From NCBI GenBank assembly GCA_003144275.1, contig NJBF01000088.1:1-6815 (forward strand): 6,815 nucleotides of DNA, given 5' to 3'. This stretch comes from Candidatus Heimdallarchaeota archaeon B3_Heim (GTDB lineage: Archaea; Asgardarchaeota; Heimdallarchaeia; Hodarchaeales; Hodarchaeaceae). Made by a program: the position numbers and the translations under genes. Under the pieces are notes generated by a model. The model saw only the letters and a program-made list of their open reading frames with translations. It had not been told where the DNA came from and searched no databases. Positions 1-5,845 of the stretch are shown piece after piece; position 1 is the stretch's first letter, and each line of letters starts with the position of its first letter.

Positions 1-57
1 ATCCTAAGCACTAAATCCTAAACAAATCCAAATTACACAAATTTAAATGTTCAAAAC
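1..57. repeat. Degenerate AAAT/ATCCTAA-rich short-period repeat tract, probably truncated by the window edge
   Basis: ATCCTAA GCACTAA ATCCTAA (1-21, 7-bp period), then ACAAATCC AAATTAC ACAAATTT AAATGTT CAAAAC. Strong strand asymmetry, with only 2 G in 57 nt. Confidence 0.55.
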
Positions 58-172
58 CTTGTCTGGCTTGACAGATAATGCTTTTTGGCGTGTATCTGCT
101 GATACGAAAACGTGCGGTTCTCCGCTAAATCTTTCGCCTGCTGGCGGTTTATGTTAGCCTGCTGGCTAACAT
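53..172 (-). ncRNA. Candidate multi-hairpin small RNA with repeated AGCA tetraloops
   Basis: Lies directly downstream of the minus-strand promoter, with predicted +1 near 172. Minus-strand hairpins: (U)AUGUUAGCC-AGCA-GGCUAACAU(A) (173-150), CGCC-AGCA-GGCG (146-135), GCGG-AGAA-CCGC (125-114), GUAUC-AGCA-GAUAC (105-92) and UGUC-AAGCCA-GACA (73-60), followed by a short U4 tract (56-53). No long ORF. The 3' end is uncertain. Confidence 0.5.
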
Positions 173-178
173 AGGCGT

Positions 179-207
179 ATTATACCATAAAACAGGTTAA
201 ATTTCAA
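179..207 (-). promoter_or_regulatory. Strong sigma70-type promoter with extended -10
   Basis: On the minus strand: -35 TTGAAA (207-202), 17-bp spacer (201-185) ending TGG, and -10 TATAAT (184-179). The -10 is a perfect consensus with the TGn extension. Confidence 0.8.
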
Positions 208-240
208 GACAATTCGTTAAAAATGTCCGAGACACGGCAC

Positions 241-282
241 TTGTATTGAGTATTGCGTATCGCGTGAAGCGTATTGCGTATC
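241..282. repeat. Tandem heptamer repeat, 6 units, consensus GCGTATY
   Basis: TTGTATT GAGTATT GCGTATC GCGTGAA GCGTATT GCGTATC at 241, 248, 255, 262, 269 and 276. Confidence 0.8.
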
Positions 283-300
283 TTTTCGCCCAAAATCTGC

Positions 301-329
301 TTGATTTTCGTTGGCCGGGGTGGTAAGTT
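301..329 (+). promoter_or_regulatory. Sigma70-type promoter for the operon
   Basis: -35 TTGATT (301-306), 17-bp spacer ending TGG, and -10 TAAGTT (324-329) with the TGn extension. It lies about 50 nt upstream of the RBS-preceded ATG at 381. Confidence 0.55.
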
Positions 330-380
330 TAGTTTTTTAAGAGATTTGCATCACGTGGGGTTATTTTAGGAAATAACGTA

Positions 381-536
381 ATGGCGAGGAATAAAGAAAG
401 TAAAGCGAAACTTCCAAGCATAGGAAAAGACGACGATGACGCGATGGTGGCAATCGAAAAGGAAAACCCCATTGTCAAAAGCGTATTGCATAAAGTTATG
501 CTTAAATTACCAATGTTTCTCAGAGATTGTGTATAA
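381..536 (+). CDS. Small 51-aa hypothetical protein (MARNKESKAKLPSIGKDDDDAMVAIEKENPIVKSVLHKVMLKLPMFLRDCV), first gene of the operon
   Basis: AGGA (368-371) lies 9 nt before ATG 381, and the frame is open to TAA 534-536. The stop is separated by one base from the methyltransferase ATG at 538 (TAA C ATG). Not in the supplied ORF track. Confidence 0.6.
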   Translation: MARNKESKAKLPSIGKDDDDAMVAIEKENPIVKSVLHKVMLKLPMFLRDCV

Positions 537-537
537 C

Positions 538-1893
538 ATGCTCGAACACGATAATAAGTTAGATATGCTTATCAAAGAATACGCGAGTGTTCAAAAACCA
601 CTAAGCGTTGATTTCCGGAAAATGGTTCCCGGCCTAAAAGCGGATCGTTACACGCATTTTATCCATCCTTATCCGGCAAAACTTCTTGTACATATCCCTT
701 ATTTCTTTTTGGCAAATACCCTGCTGTCGAAACCCGGCGATACAGTTTTGGATCCATTTTGCGGGTCCGGTACGGTTTTACTCGAGGGTAAGCTTTTAAA
801 AAGAGAAGTTATTGGAGCAGATATAAACCCTATTGCTCGTTTGATATCAAAAGTCAAAATTTTACCTTTATCTGAAAAAAAATTGAGAAATAAATTCGAT
901 TCAATATTAAAAGAGATACCAAACAAATCAAGCCTTGCACCTCCTGATGTAATCAACCTAGATTATTGGTTTTTTCCCCATGTTACGAAACAACTGTTGT
1001 GTATTTTTGAATCGATAAAAAAGCTGGATGACCCTGAAATTAGAGATTTTTTTCTAGTTTGTTTTTCTTGTTGCGCACGAAAAGTGAGTTTGGCTGATCC
1101 AAGATTAACTGTACCGGTTCGTCTTCGAGAAGGCCAATATCCAAAAGGGCACTGGCTTCGGGAACGAACAGACGCTCATTTGCGTAAACTTCGACGAATT
1201 AATGTAATTAAAGCTTTCGAAAATATCGTTGAACAAAATATTCAGCGTATGAGTCTTTTGGAGAAAGTAAATAAAGATTACTCACAACCTATTATTTGTA
1301 ATGATGCTAAAGCTCTAATGACAGGTGATTCCTTCTTTGAGAAAAAAAAGAACACCCTGATTCCTGAGAATAGTGTACAGCTTGTTATTACATCGCCACC
1401 TTATTCAGGGGCGCAAAAATATATTCGTTCGACAAGCCTAAATATAGGCTGGCTCGGCTTCTGTGCAGCATCTGAACTTAGAACTTATAAAAAGGCAACC
1501 ATTGGCAGAGAAGAATATCATAAGGATGAATACGAGAAATATGTCGATACTGGTATTTTGGCGGCTGACAGAATATTGAAAAAGCTTCGAAAAACAAATC
1601 CCCTCCGTTCTCATATTACTTCAAATTATTTGATTGAAATGCAAGAGGCACTGAGAGAAACGGCACGTGTTCTTAAACCTAAGGGGTATCTCCTTTTAGT
1701 AACAGCAAATAATCAAATATGTGGGCACAAATTCCGAACTCCAATATATCTGAGAACTATTGCTGAGAAACTTGGATTTTCTTTGAAACTATGTCTAATT
1801 GACGATATTAAATCGAGAGGTTTGATGACCAAACGGAACAAAACATCAAGTATAATAACAAGAGAATGGGTTATGCTTTTTGAAAAGGCCTAA
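538..1893 (+). CDS. Amino-type DNA methyltransferase, probably N4-cytosine, alpha motif order (about 451 aa)
   Basis: N-terminal THFIHPYPAKL, SAM-binding motif I VLDPFCGSGT, a long intervening region (putative target recognition domain), then catalytic motif IV VITSPPY and later ARVLKPKGY. Start moved from 436 to 538 because 381-536 is occupied by an RBS-preceded ORF that is coupled to ATG 538. Confidence 0.85.
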   Translation: MLEHDNKLDMLIKEYASVQKPLSVDFRKMVPGLKADRYTHFIHPYPAKLLVHIPYFFLANTLLSKPGDTVLDPFCGSGTVLLEGKLLKREVIGADINPIARLISKVKILPLSEKKLRNKFDSILKEIPNKSSLAPPDVINLDYWFFPHVTKQLLCIFESIKKLDDPEIRDFFLVCFSCCARKVSLADPRLTVPVRLREGQYPKGHWLRERTDAHLRKLRRINVIKAFENIVEQNIQRMSLLEKVNKDYSQPIICNDAKALMTGDSFFEKKKNTLIPENSVQLVITSPPYSGAQKYIRSTSLNIGWLGFCAASELRTYKKATIGREEYHKDEYEKYVDTGILAADRILKKLRKTNPLRSHITSNYLIEMQEALRETARVLKPKGYLLLVTANNQICGHKFRTPIYLRTIAEKLGFSLKLCLIDDIKSRGLMTKRNKTSSIITREWVMLFEKA

Positions 1894-1896
1894 AGG

Positions 1897-2859
1897 ATGA
1901 GAGAATTATATCAACAATTAAACAAAAAGATAAAAACTCTAAATGAACTTCTATGGGGACGTAGGATTACAAATCCTGTGGTTGAGCAATGGTTAAACAA
2001 TTTTACTGGAGAACTGCCTGATAGCAAAGAAAAAATTCATGCATTATATATACTCTCTTGTTTTATGTATTTTGGTGATAGAGAAATAAGGGCATTGTTA
2101 AAAACATTGTTTTATGAACTATTTAAATGCCGGATAATATCAGATATCAGAACACGCAACAATGATACGAGTGATTTAGATTTAATTAATAAAGAATTTA
2201 AAAAAGAATTAAAAGCGACAATATTTTTAGGGGTCGGTAACCCTTCAGAGAGTGGTTGCCATCTATTATATTTTTTTCGCCAAGAAAACTCATTAGATAT
2301 AAATCTTTTTGCCAATGACAGTGATATTTTGAAGATTAGCCGAAATAGCAAAGGTGAACCAATTCCAAAACTAAGACACCCAGAAATTAAGAGATATGTA
2401 TACATTGATGATTTCTGTGGTTCTGGCCAACAGATAATAGAATATTTGTATGAAAGGACAAAGTTAATTAAGGAACTTAAATCTGGTGTGGAATTATGTT
2501 ATTATGTTCTCTTTGGTTCTTTAAGTACATTACAAACGATAAAATCTGCTGGGAACTTTGACAGAGTCGATACCGTTTGTGAATTGGGTGCTTCCTATAA
2601 ATGTTTTCAAAGCGATAGATATTTTAAAGAATACGGTGATAAATTAGATAAACATTTTGCAAAAAACATGTGTCAAACTTATGGCGATAAATTATTTCCT
2701 GCGCATCCCTTAGGCTACAAAGGGGGCGAGTTTCTTATTGGTTTTTATCATAATGTGCCAGATAACACACTACCAATAATATGGTCCGAAGGTAATGGGG
2801 ATGACATCAAGTGGCATCCAATATTTAAAAGATATCCTAAAATAAATTTTGAATGGTAA
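1897..2859 (+). CDS. Phosphoribosyltransferase-like protein, 320 aa (conflict-associated PRTase type)
   Basis: PRPP-loop-like motif YVYIDDFCGSGQQ (about 2395-2433; canonical form hhhhDDhhxTGxT). C-terminal PLGY...F.HNVPDNTLPIIW...W.PIFKR block that I associate with conflict-system PRTase-like proteins. Starts 3 nt after the methyltransferase stop, with AAAAGG upstream. Confidence 0.7.
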   Translation: MRELYQQLNKKIKTLNELLWGRRITNPVVEQWLNNFTGELPDSKEKIHALYILSCFMYFGDREIRALLKTLFYELFKCRIISDIRTRNNDTSDLDLINKEFKKELKATIFLGVGNPSESGCHLLYFFRQENSLDINLFANDSDILKISRNSKGEPIPKLRHPEIKRYVYIDDFCGSGQQIIEYLYERTKLIKELKSGVELCYYVLFGSLSTLQTIKSAGNFDRVDTVCELGASYKCFQSDRYFKEYGDKLDKHFAKNMCQTYGDKLFPAHPLGYKGGEFLIGFYHNVPDNTLPIIWSEGNGDDIKWHPIFKRYPKINFEW

Positions 2860-2871
2860 AAGGTTAACTTT

Positions 2872-4866
2872 ATGGAAAATCCTTTTAATATCACAAAAGC
2901 TTTTAATTTCAACGATGAACAGATAAATGACTATTGGGTTGATCTGGGCGACAATGGTTTCCATAAAATTATATCGCCTAGTTCTTCTATGCCTCTTTTA
3001 ATTCTTGGCGGCAAAGGGAGCGGCAAAACACATATTATGCGATATCATTCTTATTATCTGCAAAAAATGAGATGTACCGGCAATTTACTTAATCATCTTT
3101 CAAATGACGGTTATATTGGGATATACTTTACACTTAGCGGATTAGAGGCATCTAGGTTTTTTAATAAAGATAATATTGAAAGCAATTCAAAAGAAAAATT
3201 ACTTGCATTATTTATTTATTACATGGAGCTTTGGATTGCCCAAAAAGCTATAGAGATAATATCTGATATGGCTAAAAGTAGCCCTGATGCCTTCAAAGAA
3301 AAGGAAATATGCAATTCAATTTGTGATTTATTTGATGAGAATCTGAATAATGCCGAAAGCTTCGATGATTTATTTGGCCAATTGAGCAACTTTAAAAAAC
3401 AAGTGGATATTGCATTAAATAACTACTCTTTTACAGCAAGTCTCAATGTTAAAATTAATATTTCTCGTGGCAAGCTGATTTTTGGTATTCCACAAATACT
3501 TGTAGACAAAGTAAAAGAGTTAAAAAAGTGCCGTGTTGTTTATCTTATGGATGAGCTTGAAAACTTGTATCCAATACACCAAAAGTATATTCAGACACTT
3601 TTACGAGAGCAACAACATCCTGTTACTTTTAGAGTCGGTGCTAGGAAATACGGAGTTAAAACATATAGTACTTTTTGTGGGGACGAAGAAAACAAAGCTG
3701 GGGCTGAATATACGCCGATTTATTTAGACAATCTACTGAGAGGAAATGATGGGTATAAAGAGTTTGCAACAAATCTTATTATTAAGAGACTAATAAAGGC
3801 CGGATTTTTTTTGAAAACTGATGTGACGTTAGGGGATTATTTTGAACAATATTCTGAATCTGTAGAAGAATGGATGTTGAAAGTCATCTCAAATAGCAAA
3901 GAGCTAGAGAGAAAATATTTCAAAAAACTGAGGAACAAATTGGAAAAGGCAAAAAAACTTTTTCAGGAGTTTTCTGATAATGATATCCATACGATAATTA
4001 ACGCTTTGAGGATTGACTCTAATCCCTTATTGGAGAAAGTTAACATTCACTTATTCTATATGGCATGGTCGGCATTAGGAAATAACGGAAGTTTAGTCGA
4101 TGAAGCAACAAAAATATCTAAAAGGTGTAAATCGTATCTCCATAATTCAGACAACGATAAAAATTACAAAGAACTTAAAAAGCATTTTAAGCAGGATTTT
4201 ATCGCTCAATTCTGCAGAGAGTATCGACAGCCTGAGCGTGGCTATTTTGATTTGGAAACATACATCCATATGTCGCAGGGACTGCCTCGTAATTTGCTTA
4301 TGATTTTTCAAAAGGTATATGACTGGGCTATTCAAAACGGTGAGAAGCCTTTTATGGAAGGAAAGATTTCAATTAATTCTCAGTCTAATGGGCTTGCTAA
4401 TGCCGCGGATTGGTTTTGGACAGATGCGAGGATTCATGATGGCAAAGACGCAGATAGAATGGAAAGTATTCAGCGATTAGCTGAATTATTTAGAGAAATC
4501 AGATATTCTGATAAACCGGTGGAATGCTCATTATGCACCTTTAGTTTTAATAAAAATGAATGCCCTAGAGAAGTTTTTGAAATTATTGACGGTTCAGAAA
4601 AAGTGTCATTGCTTATAGAGGTCCCTAAAGGACGTCCAGACAAAAACAGTATGAGAGTTGACTTAAGATATCAACTTAATAGCATGTTAGCTACAACGTG
4701 GAAACTACCGATATATAGGCGAGCAGATATAAGGTTATCAAAATCGGAATTAATGGCTATTTTTAAACCAACAAGTGGCCATGATTATTTAGAATGTAAA
4801 AAGAAACGTCTTTCAAAAATGATGGCTCCTTTTAAAGAAAGCGAGCCAACTTTGTTTTGTGATTAA
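2872..4866 (+). CDS. STAND/ORC-CDC6-like P-loop ATPase, 664 aa
   Basis: Walker A GGKGSGKT (3007-3030), Walker B VYLMDELENL (about 3538-3567), downstream FRVGARKYG strand, and a GxP-type helical motif SQGLPRNLL. N-terminal NPF motif. AAGG RBS lies 8 nt upstream. Confidence 0.8.
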   Translation: MENPFNITKAFNFNDEQINDYWVDLGDNGFHKIISPSSSMPLLILGGKGSGKTHIMRYHSYYLQKMRCTGNLLNHLSNDGYIGIYFTLSGLEASRFFNKDNIESNSKEKLLALFIYYMELWIAQKAIEIISDMAKSSPDAFKEKEICNSICDLFDENLNNAESFDDLFGQLSNFKKQVDIALNNYSFTASLNVKINISRGKLIFGIPQILVDKVKELKKCRVVYLMDELENLYPIHQKYIQTLLREQQHPVTFRVGARKYGVKTYSTFCGDEENKAGAEYTPIYLDNLLRGNDGYKEFATNLIIKRLIKAGFFLKTDVTLGDYFEQYSESVEEWMLKVISNSKELERKYFKKLRNKLEKAKKLFQEFSDNDIHTIINALRIDSNPLLEKVNIHLFYMAWSALGNNGSLVDEATKISKRCKSYLHNSDNDKNYKELKKHFKQDFIAQFCREYRQPERGYFDLETYIHMSQGLPRNLLMIFQKVYDWAIQNGEKPFMEGKISINSQSNGLANAADWFWTDARIHDGKDADRMESIQRLAELFREIRYSDKPVECSLCTFSFNKNECPREVFEIIDGSEKVSLLIEVPKGRPDKNSMRVDLRYQLNSMLATTWKLPIYRRADIRLSKSELMAIFKPTSGHDYLECKKKRLSKMMAPFKESEPTLFCD

Positions 4867-4868
4867 AA

Positions 4869-5810
4869 ATGATAGATTATTCGATTTATTACAGAGAAAA
4901 ACATAGTACCTTGGAATCGTTGTCTGATTTTTACCAGTGGGACTACTATGTTTCTGCATTTAGATCCGATGAGAGAGTAGAAAGGCTTTTCGCTAATATT
5001 AATGCTCATAGAAAAGATTGGCTGATTTTCCCCGAATATAAATATAGCAAAGATGAATATCCGAAAACAAAAACAGAAGAGGATGTAATTGAATTGTCGG
5101 GCAAAACGGAAAGTGAAATTATTAATCCATATGTAAAAAAGTTGATGGCGGATATTAAGGACAAAACTATCTGTATTGACATTACAGGTTTCATCCGTCC
5201 TCATTTAATGTGTTTTCTCAAGTGTTTAAAACGAGAAGGTATCAATAAATTTGACATAATATATGTCGAGCCCGGATGGTATATAAAACGCGAACTTACA
5301 AAATTTTCATATAAGGTTTTAGATGTTAGATTGGTGCATGGTTATGAGGGAATTCAAAAGTTGGATAATAAGGATGATTTACTGATTATTGGCTCAGGCT
5401 ATGATGACCAATTGATTGCAGCCGTTGCAAATAAAAAATCGTCCGTAAGAAATAAAATACAAATTTTTGGTTTGCCAGCCCTTAGTCCTGCATTTTACCA
5501 GGAAAACCGACTTTGTGCTCATAAGGCTGAAGATGTCAAAGATGGAGAGTCTTATTTTGCTCCGGCATATGACCCATTCGCAACAGCAGAAACGATAAGT
5601 AGTATTGTTAAGCAAAAAAAACCAACAAATTTATATCTATGCCCTTTAGCGACAAAACCGCAAGTATTAGGTTTTGCTTTATATTATCTTTTAGAAAGAG
5701 AAAATACTGCCACGAGTATTATTCATCCATTTTATGAATCTTACTCAAAAGAAACTTCTGAGAAGATAGGACGCATATGGAAGTATAGAATTGAATTTCC
5801 TAAAGTGTAA
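4869..5810 (+). CDS. Hypothetical protein, 313 aa, probable tandem alpha/beta (Rossmannoid, possibly CARF-like) domains
   Basis: Starts 2 nt after the ATPase stop. It has two similar beta-alpha-beta units: ICIDITGFIRPHLMCFLKCL...FDIIY and LLIIGSGYD...LYLCPLATKPQVLGFALYY...SIIH. The CDS is secure; the fold call is inference. Confidence 0.75.
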   Translation: MIDYSIYYREKHSTLESLSDFYQWDYYVSAFRSDERVERLFANINAHRKDWLIFPEYKYSKDEYPKTKTEEDVIELSGKTESEIINPYVKKLMADIKDKTICIDITGFIRPHLMCFLKCLKREGINKFDIIYVEPGWYIKRELTKFSYKVLDVRLVHGYEGIQKLDNKDDLLIIGSGYDDQLIAAVANKKSSVRNKIQIFGLPALSPAFYQENRLCAHKAEDVKDGESYFAPAYDPFATAETISSIVKQKKPTNLYLCPLATKPQVLGFALYYLLERENTATSIIHPFYESYSKETSEKIGRIWKYRIEFPKV

Positions 5811-5845
5811 CGTAACAATGTCAGGTGGTAGGATATAGGGCTATT

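Noticed and set aside
149-172. Leaderless 7-codon ORF (MLASRLT) at the start of the candidate RNA
   Set aside because: It is entirely buried in the 10-bp stem, and there is no support beyond an AUG at the predicted +1. Ribosome profiling would be needed to revive it.
53-172. Identity as CsrB/RsmZ, tRNA, SRP RNA or a CRISPR array
   Set aside because: The loops are AGCA/AGAA rather than GGA. There is no cloverleaf or CCA end, no SRP domain IV motif, and no repeat-spacer periodicity or cas genes.
436-537. ORF-track N-terminal extension of the methyltransferase (MTRWW...)
   Set aside because: It overlaps the RBS-preceded 381-536 ORF in another frame, its sequence does not look like a methyltransferase, and ATG 538 is coupled to the upstream stop.
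875-1349. A8 runs at 875-882 and 1342-1349 as phase-variation tracts in the methyltransferase
   Set aside because: They are short, encode Lys runs in AT-rich DNA, and the frame is intact.
748-2433. Similar motifs DPFCGSGT (methyltransferase) and DDFCGSGQ (second gene), suggesting duplication or a second methyltransferase
   Set aside because: The codons and flanking sequence differ, and the second protein has no catalytic (D/N/S)PP(Y/F) motif. The DD form fits a PRPP loop, so the similarity is probably convergent.
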